From Candidatus Cloacimonadales bacterium (GTDB lineage Bacteria > Cloacimonadota > Cloacimonadia > Cloacimonadales > JAIOQZ01), in NCBI GenBank assembly GCA_963665815.1, contig OY762463.1:2560001-2624000 (forward strand): a DNA stretch of 64,000 nucleotides. Direction: 5' to 3'. The position numbers and the translations under genes were made by a program. The notes beneath the pieces were generated by a model. That model searched no databases, was not told where the DNA came from, and was given only the letters and a program-made list of their open reading frames with translations. Below are positions 48,983 through 58,587 of the stretch, in pieces. The stretch's first letter is position 1, and the number at the start of each line of letters is the position of its first letter.

Positions 48983-49784
48983 ATTACCTGAAGTTCAGAC
49001 AATTGTAACAGAGTTGAAATCCGGTGTACAAGGGAAGATTATCAAGGGTATTGAATCCTTCAGGGAAGGTACTGTTGAAATCTTCGGTGATGAACTGAGT
49101 AGTGATGAATCTATCACAGAAGTTTACAGACGAGGAAAGTATATTATTATCAAAACTCTTCGTAATACAATTGTGGTTCATCTCAGGATGACTGGTAAGC
49201 TGATTCTTGATAATCAGATTCCTGAAAACCTCAAGCATATCAGAGCTGTCATTTCTTTATACGATAACACATTCATTATCTTCGATGATGTCAGGACTTT
49301 TGGAACTATAAGGATTTATCCTGCAAGTATGTCTATTTCCAGTCTGGAAAATCTCGGTGTTGAACCTCTCTCAGAAAGCTTTAATGCAAGTTACCTGAAG
49401 GACAGAATAAAAAACAGTAAGTCTCCCATTAAAAATATCTTGCTTAATCAACAGATAATTGCTGGAATAGGAAATATATATGCGTGTGAAATCTTGTTCA
49501 GATCATTGATAAATCCTACAGCAAAACCTCATGAATTATGTAACGATGATATAGTAAAAATTGTTAAGAATACAAAAGAAGTTCTCAAAGAAGCTATCAA
49601 GTGTAACGGTACAACTATTTCCGATTATAGAAGAGTTGATGATAAACAGGGAAGTTTTCAGAATTTTCTACAAGTTTATGGAAAGGAAGTATGTCCGTTA
49701 AATCATAAAATATTAAAAATAAAACAAGCTGGCAGAACAACATATTATTGTCCTGTCTGTCAGAATCAGGAGATTATAAAATGA
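48975..49784 (+). CDS. mutM: Formamidopyrimidine-DNA glycosylase
   Basis: MPELPEV, RRGKY, HLRMTG, GIGNIYACEIL, RTTYYCPVCQ. Confidence 0.97.
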   Translation: MPELPEVQTIVTELKSGVQGKIIKGIESFREGTVEIFGDELSSDESITEVYRRGKYIIIKTLRNTIVVHLRMTGKLILDNQIPENLKHIRAVISLYDNTFIIFDDVRTFGTIRIYPASMSISSLENLGVEPLSESFNASYLKDRIKNSKSPIKNILLNQQIIAGIGNIYACEILFRSLINPTAKPHELCNDDIVKIVKNTKEVLKEAIKCNGTTISDYRRVDDKQGSFQNFLQVYGKEVCPLNHKILKIKQAGRTTYYCPVCQNQEIIK

Positions 49785-50947
49785 AACCCGTAGAAATGAA
49801 AAAAGGAATTTACTGGGTCGGAGCTATTGACTGGGATTTAAGAAATTTTCACGGATATCTCACTCAAAGAGGTTCAACTTACAATTCATATCTTATTATT
49901 GATGAAAAAGTAACTCTGATTGATAATGTTAAAAAAGCTTATTTTGATCAGCAACTTAAGAGAATATCAGCAATAATTGATCCTGCAAATATTGACATAA
50001 TCATTCAAAATCATGTTGAGATGGACCACTCCGGATCACTTCCTGAAATTGCAAAATACGCTGTAAATGCAAAGATTTACTGTTCACCTAAAGGTAAAAC
50101 AGGGCTTGAAAAGCATTACAAGAATTCAAACCTCAAACTCAATGAAGTCAACTCAGGTGAAACAATCAATATTGGTAAAAGAAACCTTTCTTTTGTATTG
50201 ACCCCAATGGTTCACTGGCCGGATAATATGATCACATATTGCCCGGAAGAAAAAATTCTTTTCTCAAACGATGCCTTTGGTCAGCATATTGCATCATCGG
50301 AAAGATTCACCCATGATTATCCAATTAATATCACAATGGAAGAGGCTAAAAAATACTATGCAAATATTGTGCTTCCATATGGACGTATGGTATTGAAAGT
50401 ACTTGAACAGGCTGCTGAACTTGATGTAGAAATGATTGCTCCAAGTCACGGACTTATCTGGACAGACCATATTGCTGAAATTATTAGTGAATACCAGAAG
50501 TGGGCTTCGAATAAAACGGATGAGGAAGCTTTGATAATTTATGATTCCATGTGGGGATCTACCAAGCAGATGGCTTGTAAAATTATGGAAGCTTTTGAAG
50601 ATAAAAATATCAATACCAAGCTTATAAATTTGCAGAACAATCACATATCAGATATTATGACTGAAGTTATTACAGCCAGATACATCTGTGTAGGGTCTCC
50701 AACCCTGAACAATAACATGCTTCCGACAGTAGCGGCTTTTCTGTGCTACATGAAAGGACTTGCTCCAAAAGGCAGAAAGGGTCTGGCATTCGGATCTTTC
50801 GGCTGGGGCGGTCAATCCATAGGTTTGATTAACAACGAACTTAAGGACGCTGGTTTTGATGTGATGGATATGCAGAGAATTAACTATATACCGGAAGAAT
50901 CTGCACTGGAAGATCTCAAAAAGATCATTTCAGAACAGATACAATAA
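49781..50947 (+). CDS. fprA: Flavodiiron protein
   Basis: HVEMDHSG, HWPD, SNDAFGQH, flavodoxin SMWGST and GSFGWGG. Confidence 0.95.
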   Translation: MKPVEMKKGIYWVGAIDWDLRNFHGYLTQRGSTYNSYLIIDEKVTLIDNVKKAYFDQQLKRISAIIDPANIDIIIQNHVEMDHSGSLPEIAKYAVNAKIYCSPKGKTGLEKHYKNSNLKLNEVNSGETINIGKRNLSFVLTPMVHWPDNMITYCPEEKILFSNDAFGQHIASSERFTHDYPINITMEEAKKYYANIVLPYGRMVLKVLEQAAELDVEMIAPSHGLIWTDHIAEIISEYQKWASNKTDEEALIIYDSMWGSTKQMACKIMEAFEDKNINTKLINLQNNHISDIMTEVITARYICVGSPTLNNNMLPTVAAFLCYMKGLAPKGRKGLAFGSFGWGGQSIGLINNELKDAGFDVMDMQRINYIPEESALEDLKKIISEQIQ

Positions 50948-50961
50948 TACACGGAGGAATA

Positions 50962-51468
50962 ATGATACCAAAGAAAGTAGAAGAAGCTATTAACAAGCAG
51001 ATTAATCAAGAATTATTTTCTGAGTACTTTTATCTTTCAATGGCAGCTTATTTTGAATCTGAAGGCTTATCAGGACTTGCTAATTTCTTCAAGGTTCAGG
51101 GAGAAGAAGAAAGATTTCATGCAATGAAGTTCTTTAACTATCTTAATGAACGTGGGGGAAGAGTAGTTCTGGAAGCAATCAAGAAACCGGCTACAGAGTT
51201 TAAGTCAGCAATTGAAGTTTTCGAAATGGCATATAAGCACGAACAGCTGGTTACTTCACTGATAAATGACCTAATGGATTTAAGTATCAAAGAAAAAGAT
51301 TTTGCTACTATGAGCCTTCTTAACTGGTTTATTGACGAACAGGTTGAAGAAGAAGCAAGTATGGATAATATACTCAATCAGCTCAAACTGATAGACGGAA
51401 AAGGCAACGGTTTACTTATGCTGGATAGAGAACTGGGTGCCCGAACTTTCACACCACCAGCACAATAA
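50962..51468 (+). CDS. ftnA: Non-heme ferritin
   Basis: EEERFHAMK, HEQLVT, WFIDEQVEEE. Confidence 0.95.
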   Translation: MIPKKVEEAINKQINQELFSEYFYLSMAAYFESEGLSGLANFFKVQGEEERFHAMKFFNYLNERGGRVVLEAIKKPATEFKSAIEVFEMAYKHEQLVTSLINDLMDLSIKEKDFATMSLLNWFIDEQVEEEASMDNILNQLKLIDGKGNGLLMLDRELGARTFTPPAQ

Positions 51469-51477
51469 GGAGAAATA

Positions 51478-51858
51478 ATGACACATTTAAGAGATATTTA
51501 TTACTGTCCAATTTGTAAAAATGTTGTAGAACTTGTACATGAAGGTGCTGAAGCACTTGTTTGCTGCGGTAAACCAATGGAAAAACTTGAAGAGCAGTCA
51601 AAAGATGCTGCTACAGAAAAACATGTGCCTTACGTAGAAGAAACAGAAAACGGTGTTATCGTAAAAGTTGGTCAAAACCAGATGCACCCGATGACAGAAA
51701 AACATTACATTAAATTCATCGAAATTCATACAAAAGACAAGGTTTGCAGAGTAGAACTTACTCCGGAAGATGAACCTGTTGCTGAATTCCCTGTAAAAAA
51801 ATCAGATATTATCAAAGTTCGTGAATATTGTAATGTTCACGGATTATGGAAATCATAA
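51478..51858 (+). CDS. dfx: Desulfoferrodoxin (2Fe superoxide reductase)
   Basis: CPIC..CCG, EKHVP, HPM..HYI, CNVHG. Confidence 0.96.
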   Translation: MTHLRDIYYCPICKNVVELVHEGAEALVCCGKPMEKLEEQSKDAATEKHVPYVEETENGVIVKVGQNQMHPMTEKHYIKFIEIHTKDKVCRVELTPEDEPVAEFPVKKSDIIKVREYCNVHGLWKS

Positions 51859-51971
51859 CAATTTAGCTTCGGAGCCGGTGATAAACCGGTTCCGAATACA
51901 ATACTCAGCTGACGCATAGAATATTGATTAACTGTCAGCAAAAAAATCAAAAAAATTGAACCGGAGGAATA

Positions 51972-52508
51972 ATGAAAGATTTAAAAGGAACAAAAACAGA
52001 AAAAAATTTATGGGAAGCGTTTTCAGGCGAATCTCAAGCAAGAAATAAATACACTTACTTTGCAAAAGTAGCTAAAAAAGAAGGATATGAGCAGATTGCT
52101 GATTTATTCCTTAAAACAGCACAAAACGAAATGGAACATGCTAAACTTCATTTTAAAGCTCTTCAGGGAATAGGTAACACAATGGAAAACCTTCAAGCTG
52201 CAGCTGATGGTGAAAACTACGAATGGACAGAAATGTATCCTACAATGGCTAAAGAAGCCAGAGAAGAAGGGTTCAACGAAATTGCAGCAATGTTCGAAGG
52301 AATTGCAAAAGTTGAAAAACGCCACAACGAAAGATATATAAAGCTTCTTGAAAACCTTAAAAACGGAACTGTATTTGTAAAAGACGGTAAAATTTGCTGG
52401 GAATGCAGAAACTGTGGTCATATTCATGAAGGTCTTGAAGCACTTAAAATTTGTCCTGTTTGTAAACATCCTCAGTCATATTTTGAAGTTGAAGCAAAAA
52501 ACTATTAG
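51972..52508 (+). CDS. rbr: Rubrerythrin
   Basis: [30 protein letters not shown]. Confidence 0.96.
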   Translation: MKDLKGTKTEKNLWEAFSGESQARNKYTYFAKVAKKEGYEQIADLFLKTAQNEMEHAKLHFKALQGIGNTMENLQAAADGENYEWTEMYPTMAKEAREEGFNEIAAMFEGIAKVEKRHNERYIKLLENLKNGTVFVKDGKICWECRNCGHIHEGLEALKICPVCKHPQSYFEVEAKNY

Positions 52509-52575
52509 TCTGATCGTTTGAAAAAGATTAACTTGTTTCTGAACTTTAACATAAACCATTAATAAGGAGAGAAGT

Positions 52576-52830
52576 ATGGAAAAAAGATTTCTAATTATTG
52601 TGATTGATATCAGAAAGAAAGAAGCCGTTACAGTACAAAAGATTCTCACTGAGTGGGGCTGCTTTATTAAGACACGTCTTGGTCTGCATGAAGGAGTATT
52701 AGATAATTGTTCGGAAATTGGAACAATCTTTATTGAACTTGCAGGTAATAAAGAAAAACATGATGAACTGAACAGAAAACTTAATCTCTTACAGGGAGTT
52801 AGCTCTCAAGTTATAGAAATGCAAGTATAA
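52576..52830 (+). CDS. Small ACT/NikR-C-like protein (TM1266-related)
   Basis: [28 protein letters not shown]. Confidence 0.7.
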   Translation: MEKRFLIIVIDIRKKEAVTVQKILTEWGCFIKTRLGLHEGVLDNCSEIGTIFIELAGNKEKHDELNRKLNLLQGVSSQVIEMQV

Positions 52831-52841
52831 TCGGAGGAAAA

Positions 52842-52982
52842 ATGCAAAAATACGTATGCGATGCATGTGGATACATCTACGATCCAGCAGAACATGATAA
52901 TGTGGCTTTTGAAGATCTGCCAGAAGATTGGACATGCCCTGAATGCGGCGTTGGAAAAGACCTTTTCAGCCCAGTTGACTAA
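52842..52982 (+). CDS. rub: Rubredoxin (46 aa; below ORF-track cutoff)
   Basis: [54 protein letters not shown]. Confidence 0.97.
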   Translation: MQKYVCDACGYIYDPAEHDNVAFEDLPEDWTCPECGVGKDLFSPVD

Positions 52983-52991
52983 AATATTACT

Positions 52992-53022
52992 AAAGGCTGT
53001 CTTTTAAAGGCAGTCTTTTTTT
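52992..53022 (+). terminator. Intrinsic terminator
   Basis: AAAGGCTGTCTT/AAGGCAGTCTTT stem plus T-tract. Confidence 0.8.
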
Positions 53023-53111
53023 GTTTTAAATATATAATCAACTTAATTAATTGACAGTATTTTTAAGAGTTGATTAATTATAAAAATATCACAAAGCAAC
53101 CGGAGTTATTT

Positions 53112-53570
53112 ATGGAAAAGACAAAATTTGATACAATTCTTGATTTTGCAATTGAAAGAGAATATGAAGCAGTTGAGTTTTATACAGATTTGAGTAGCAA
53201 AATTCTTTTTGCAGCTCAGAAAGTTATGCTTAAAGATCTTGCAGATATGGAAAAAGGTCATGCAGCTGCTCTTGAGAGAATCAGAACAAAGGGATTTGCT
53301 CAAACAAAAAAGGTGAATCAGGATGTAGAAGATCTTCATATTGCTGATTATCTCGTTGATGTAGAAATCAAACCAAATCTCTCATATCAGGATATTATTC
53401 TGATTGCTATGAAAAGAGAAGAAAAAGCAAAAAAACTGTATCTTGATCTTGCAAACAAAGTCAGTGACGGTGAAATGCAGAATTTATTCCGTCGACTTGC
53501 GGATGAGGAAGCAAAACATAAACACCAGTTCGAAGTAATCTACGACGAAGAAGTTTTAAAAGAAAATTGA
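53112..53570 (+). CDS. Ferritin-like/rubrerythrin-like diiron protein
   Basis: FAIEREYEAVEFY, EKGH, AMKREEKA..LY, EEAKH; GGAG RBS before 53112. Confidence 0.88.
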   Translation: MEKTKFDTILDFAIEREYEAVEFYTDLSSKILFAAQKVMLKDLADMEKGHAAALERIRTKGFAQTKKVNQDVEDLHIADYLVDVEIKPNLSYQDIILIAMKREEKAKKLYLDLANKVSDGEMQNLFRRLADEEAKHKHQFEVIYDEEVLKEN

Positions 53571-53578
53571 AAATAGAT

Positions 53579-53615
53579 GGTGTTAAAGCTTGCCCGGTTT
53601 TAACACCTTTTTTTT
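53579..53615 (+). terminator. Intrinsic terminator
   Basis: GGTGTTAAA/TTTAACACC stem plus T-tract. Confidence 0.75.
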
Positions 53616-53761
53616 ATTGCTAAAAAACTTTTGAAGAGCTTTGCATAATAGTTAAACCGGAATTATTTAACAGTAAAGCATAATCAACTTGAATTTTCTG
53701 GAGAAAAGAAATATAATAGATGATTACGCCGATTATGCAGATATCTCACCCTGGAGATCGT

Positions 53762-54268
53762 ATGATTCACATTTATACAGGTAACGGCAAAGGTAAAACA
53801 ACTGCATCACTTGGTTTAATATTAAGAGCATTAGGAAGAGATAAGAAAGTCTGTCTTATACAATTTATGAAGAAAAATTATGAATATGGGGAGATTAAGT
53901 TTCTACAAAAATGCGATAATATTGATATTTTCCAGTTTGGTACGGATAAACTGATTGACCCGAATAATCCTGCCGAAATCGACTTCAAAGAAGCTGAACT
54001 TGCTGTGGAAAAAGCTGAGTTTGTGATAAAAAATGGTAGTTATGATTTAATTGTTATTGATGAAATCAATGTAGCTGTGTCCTGGAAACTTATCCCACTT
54101 GATAAACAACTTGCTCTAATGGATATTGAAACTGAATCTGAACTTGTAATGACAGGAAGATATGTCAGTGATGAAGCTATTGAAAAAGCTGATCTTGTAA
54201 CAGAAATGAAAGAAATAAAACACTATTATATGCAAAATGTTCCTGCAAGAATTGGCATTGAGTATTGA
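53762..54268 (+). CDS. cobO: Cob(I)alamin adenosyltransferase (CobO/BtuR)
   Basis: IYTGNGKGKTTASLG, QFMK, DEIN, TGR, KHYY..ARIGIEY. Confidence 0.93.
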   Translation: MIHIYTGNGKGKTTASLGLILRALGRDKKVCLIQFMKKNYEYGEIKFLQKCDNIDIFQFGTDKLIDPNNPAEIDFKEAELAVEKAEFVIKNGSYDLIVIDEINVAVSWKLIPLDKQLALMDIETESELVMTGRYVSDEAIEKADLVTEMKEIKHYYMQNVPARIGIEY

Positions 54269-54286
54269 TGATGTGAAGGACAGATA

Positions 54287-55327
54287 ATGGTATCTCAGGA
54301 ATTCATTAAGAAAAACCTATATAACAGAACTGTACTATCGTATTTGCTGTTGCCATTATCAGGGCTGTATTCCTTTGCTCAGATTGTTCACAGGAACCAT
54401 TACAAAATATTCAAACCCCAAAGGCAATCCGAAAATGTACAGGTCGTTTCTGTGGGAAATATTACAGCAGGTGGGAGCGGAAAAACTCCATTCACTATTT
54501 TCCTGGCTGAACTGCTGATGAAAAACAAAGTTAAAACAGCAGTATGTTTGCGCGGTTACAAGGGAGATTTTGAGGAATCCAACAGAATCATATCTTCTTA
54601 TGACAGGATATACGAAATAGCGGGAAAAGCCGGTGACGAAGCACAATTGCTGGCATCAAAACTGCCTGGTGTTCCAATAGCAGTTGGCAGAAACAGAGCT
54701 CTCTCTGTTAATCTACTGGTGAATGAATTTAAAGACCTGGATGTGATAATCCTCGATGATGCATTTCAGCACCTGAAAGTTCATCAGGATCACAGAATAG
54801 TACTGTTTAACAAATCTGCCGGACTGGGAAACGGTTTTGTAATTCCGGCAGGTATTCTGAGAGAACCTTTGTCTGCTCTGAAAGACGCAGATTTTTTCGT
54901 ATGTAATGGTGGAGATATTAAAGGGCTTCCCGGAAACAAGAAAACATACACAGGCAAATATGTAATTGATACTATCTATAATCTGAATGGGGAAGAGGTA
55001 AAACAGGATGATTTACAGGGAAAAAGCATTGGGCTTCTTTCCGGGCTTGGTTTTCCGGAATCATTCGAAAAGACAGTTAATGATGCATGTTTCACGTTCA
55101 ACCATCATTTCCGCTATCCTGATCATTTCAATTATACATCTGATACAATGGACTCTATAAGAAAAGAAATGACAGCAAAAGGGCTGGAAATCATTCTCAC
55201 GACAGAAAAGGATTATACAAAGCTATCTCTTCTTAAGAGCAGTATTGATTTTCCTGTTTATGTAGTAGCTATCAAATATGCTGTAGCTGGAGCAGAAGAG
55301 ATATTGAGGATTGTGACTGGAAGATAG
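54287..55327 (+). CDS. lpxK: Tetraacyldisaccharide 4'-kinase
   Basis: SVGNITAGGSGKTP, GDEA, LDDAFQH, PAGILRE, YPDH, TTEKD. Confidence 0.96.
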   Translation: MVSQEFIKKNLYNRTVLSYLLLPLSGLYSFAQIVHRNHYKIFKPQRQSENVQVVSVGNITAGGSGKTPFTIFLAELLMKNKVKTAVCLRGYKGDFEESNRIISSYDRIYEIAGKAGDEAQLLASKLPGVPIAVGRNRALSVNLLVNEFKDLDVIILDDAFQHLKVHQDHRIVLFNKSAGLGNGFVIPAGILREPLSALKDADFFVCNGGDIKGLPGNKKTYTGKYVIDTIYNLNGEEVKQDDLQGKSIGLLSGLGFPESFEKTVNDACFTFNHHFRYPDHFNYTSDTMDSIRKEMTAKGLEIILTTEKDYTKLSLLKSSIDFPVYVVAIKYAVAGAEEILRIVTGR

Positions 55328-55330
55328 AAA

Positions 55331-56104
55331 CTAATACTTTTTCCCAAAATGTACATCAATCCAGTCTCGTATTCGTATTTCATTACCATGTTTGATAATT
55401 TGATTTGAGATCCCATTAAACAGTCTTGATCTTGTATCTTCATCAAGAGCAATATTATCTGAATATGTTGCAAGTAGTCCTGTATATTCCTCAGCAGACA
55501 TGTATCTTTCAGTCTTATATACGGTACATTGAACTTCGTTAAAACCTGTCGTTTCTATTGCCTGATCAATCACGTTAAACTTCTTCATTAATTCTTCATG
55601 GGCTGCATGTTCAGAGCTACCGAAAACCTGTTTATACACATCCTGAATTGCAGTATGGAGTGGATTATCAGGATCATTGACCATTGGTCTGTTCCAGAAT
55701 AAGGCAATCATTCTTTCGTTTTTCAGAAGGTCAAATGCTTTTTTCATACCGAAATCGTAATCAATCCAGTGGAAAGATGTTCCTGCATATATCAGATCGA
55801 AATGATCCTTATCGGATTCGAAATCTTCAAAGCTGCAGTTAATGATACTGAAATTTTCATAGTTACTGAATTTTTGTCTACAGATTGCTGTAAGGTTTGG
55901 TCCGGGTTCTACACATACTACCTTTGCTCCGGTTTTCAGGAATGGTTCTGTAGCCTGTCCTGTACCGGGTCCAATCTCCAGAATCTTTGAATTTGCATTT
56001 ATTCCTGAGAACTCAATAATATCTTCAAACAATTCTTTTACATAAATTGGACGGCTGGTATTGTATTGCTCTGCAACAGTATCGAATAACATTTTTCTTT
56101 TCAT
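55331..56104 (-). CDS. Class I SAM-dependent methyltransferase
   Basis: LEIGPGTGQAT, FDLIYAGTSFHWID. Confidence 0.9.
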   Translation of the reverse strand: MKRKMLFDTVAEQYNTSRPIYVKELFEDIIEFSGINANSKILEIGPGTGQATEPFLKTGAKVVCVEPGPNLTAICRQKFSNYENFSIINCSFEDFESDKDHFDLIYAGTSFHWIDYDFGMKKAFDLLKNERMIALFWNRPMVNDPDNPLHTAIQDVYKQVFGSSEHAAHEELMKKFNVIDQAIETTGFNEVQCTVYKTERYMSAEEYTGLLATYSDNIALDEDTRSRLFNGISNQIIKHGNEIRIRDWIDVHFGKKY

Positions 56105-56151
56105 TTTGTTAAAACCACTGATTATATATCTGATTCAGTATACAAAGTACA

Positions 56152-56967
56152 CTACTTAAATTGACTTTCAATAAACCTTATTACTCTCTCTGCTTCATCT
56201 ATATTATATGTAAACTCCATCTGTGAAGTAAAAATCTGTGCTCTTTTATGCACGAACTGCTGTGTAAGAAAAAGTTTTTCCCGAATATCACCTGGATCTG
56301 CAGATGGATAAATTTTTTGAAAATCAGTGTATACTTCATCAGTTAGAAAGTTTTTCAACCATTTCCCGCATTTTCCTGTGTTAACTTTCCAGTAATTTTC
56401 AAGACCAATCTGCCAGTTAAGAATCTTTTTAACACACTCGATCAGGATGTTATCAAACATAAATTTTGCATAAGGAATCTCATTTCTGAGCAGTCCCTTG
56501 GTAATATAAGGCTGTATCCACCAGAATTCATTCATCAGTTCAGCGAATTCTTTTTCGGTTGGTTTAACTATATAATATGATGATTCATCAGGAACCGGAA
56601 GATCATTTATCAAACTGTTCTTATCAAGAAGGACCTTCGTTAATGAATCTTTTGCTATAGTCTCTTCAAGCATTTTAAGATCATAAAAGTTCAGATCAAT
56701 TCTCAATCCGTTCTCATACTGAGTCATCACAATATATGACCCGTTCTCAAAATCATTCTGTTGAGAAATAACAGGTTTACCAAATCTGTTTATCCAGGAC
56801 AAATCTGATTTGAAGTCATGCTTAGCCAGATCCTCAACAAAGAAAATTAAATCATAATCCTGAAACTCATCTTTCGGGGCATTAGGATTGACACGTGAGC
56901 CATTCATAACCACAACTTTTACTGCCGAAATAGACTCTGCAAACTGAAGTATTTGATCTAAAATCAT
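56152..56967 (-). CDS. Aminoglycoside 6-adenylyltransferase (AadE/AadK) family protein
   Basis: MNGSRVNPNAPKDEFQDYD, RIDL, VLLDK, NEFWW, TGKCGK. Confidence 0.88.
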   Translation of the reverse strand: MILDQILQFAESISAVKVVVMNGSRVNPNAPKDEFQDYDLIFFVEDLAKHDFKSDLSWINRFGKPVISQQNDFENGSYIVMTQYENGLRIDLNFYDLKMLEETIAKDSLTKVLLDKNSLINDLPVPDESSYYIVKPTEKEFAELMNEFWWIQPYITKGLLRNEIPYAKFMFDNILIECVKKILNWQIGLENYWKVNTGKCGKWLKNFLTDEVYTDFQKIYPSADPGDIREKLFLTQQFVHKRAQIFTSQMEFTYNIDEAERVIRFIESQFK

Positions 56968-56970
56968 GTC

Positions 56971-57555
56971 TTAAAGGCTTGCTCCTCTATCCTCAATTTC
57001 TTTCGCAAATTGATTCACTTTAGGCTGTAAAAAGAATATCCCGATAGGGAAAATCAATATCATAAAAAGATTATACAAAATATCTTCAGTCTGAACTTTT
57101 CTTTTCAGTTCATACAGCTTTAACGATCTGGCAGCATAGAATATATTATAGGCAGATAGTGCCGTAACAACAGCATGGAATGGAACAATACCTACAAAAA
57201 AGCCTGCCGACAAAGGATGAGTAACCGACAACATAAAACCAAACGCAAAAGTAACAGTATATGCAAAACTGAATATCATGGAGAACTTGAAGAATGTTGA
57301 ACTCTTTTTTAAGTCTTCCGGTAAATGCCTGTTCAGTGTAAAGCCAATATTCCATGTCCAGAAGAAATGAATTATATAAGGTATGCTTGTACCGACAAAA
57401 TAAGTGGTAAACAGCTTCAGTAAAATATTTTTATCAAAACTGGATGTGAGAAATGATACAAATAGAACAGAGCCAAAGATTGTTGATGCAATAAGACTGC
57501 CGGCTACGATTATCAGTGCTATCTGCCAGGCTTTCAGTTTCATGAGGAATTTCAT
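56971..57555 (-). CDS. Hypothetical membrane protein
   Basis: About five TM segments, FPIGIFFLQPKVN; GGAGG RBS. Confidence 0.75.
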   Translation of the reverse strand: MKFLMKLKAWQIALIIVAGSLIASTIFGSVLFVSFLTSSFDKNILLKLFTTYFVGTSIPYIIHFFWTWNIGFTLNRHLPEDLKKSSTFFKFSMIFSFAYTVTFAFGFMLSVTHPLSAGFFVGIVPFHAVVTALSAYNIFYAARSLKLYELKRKVQTEDILYNLFMILIFPIGIFFLQPKVNQFAKEIEDRGASL

Positions 57556-57578
57556 TTACCCTCCAATATTATGTTAGA

Positions 57579-58421
57579 TTACATAGATTTAGGTGAATCC
57601 AGGAACATTGATTTTGTTTGAGAAATGTCTACTTCCGGCAGATATTTTTCCACAATAGCAAAAGTTTCAACTATCAGGGAATAGAGATCATCGAGAATAT
57701 CTTTTCCAGGATTCGACATTATTTTCAATATCCTGTTGTAAAGGTTTTCCGGTTTGATCTCGAAGGCATCTGTGACATTCTTAATTTTGCGGAAGTCTCC
57801 CGGTATATACATTTTATTTACTCCAAGAAGCAAACCTATCACTCGTTTTATCAGAATACTTTTCACATCTGTTGTCCAGATGATATTATCTTCTTTCTGA
57901 AACCTGTATTTAAGCTCATTGAAAGAACCGAATCGCATGAATTTTTCAATAGTCTTAACAGCCAGCTCTTCCGGATAATCTGCCAAACACTCCTTTACGC
58001 TGTTAATATATTCCTCACCGAATAACGGAACAACAGTTTTGAAGCCATCCGCAACCAGATGATAGAGAGGTTCCATTGACTTGTTTTCGATGATCTCATG
58101 AATAACAGCTTCATAGAAATCAGGTTTAGCATGTGAAAGCTGTACTTCTGTACCATCAACATAGTATAGTTCCAGACAGCCATGCTCTGACTTATTCATG
58201 AAAGTTCTGTCTGTTCCCTTGTTATGCTCAAAGGCTTTGTCCAGCATCTCATCTGTAGGTATTTTGTCCCAGATCATTATTGTGTCGATATCAGAAAACT
58301 CGGTTGCCTGTCCTTTACTGATTGACGCACCAATTGCTATAGCCTTCAGTCCTTCGAAAGTTGTGTAGATTTCAGTTACCTGCTTTGCGAGATTAAGTAG
58401 TTCTTTGGATGTGTTTTTCAT
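57579..58421 (-). CDS. Pol-beta-superfamily nucleotidyltransferase domain protein (DUF4037-like)
   Basis: GASISKG..FSDIDT motif, YPEEL, helical C-domain; AAGGAG RBS before 58421. Confidence 0.75.
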   Translation of the reverse strand: MKNTSKELLNLAKQVTEIYTTFEGLKAIAIGASISKGQATEFSDIDTIMIWDKIPTDEMLDKAFEHNKGTDRTFMNKSEHGCLELYYVDGTEVQLSHAKPDFYEAVIHEIIENKSMEPLYHLVADGFKTVVPLFGEEYINSVKECLADYPEELAVKTIEKFMRFGSFNELKYRFQKEDNIIWTTDVKSILIKRVIGLLLGVNKMYIPGDFRKIKNVTDAFEIKPENLYNRILKIMSNPGKDILDDLYSLIVETFAIVEKYLPEVDISQTKSMFLDSPKSM

Positions 58422-58587
58422 TAGATTCTCCTTTGTGCTCAAAAAAAAGCTATTATTTGATCCATCTCGTTTTTACCTGTTCAATAATATATTTGTCTAT
58501 ATTTTTCTTATTCTGAGATATTTGTCATTCTCATATTGACAAACATACAATCAAAATCTACAAATTAACTTTAGTGAAGGAGGTTAT

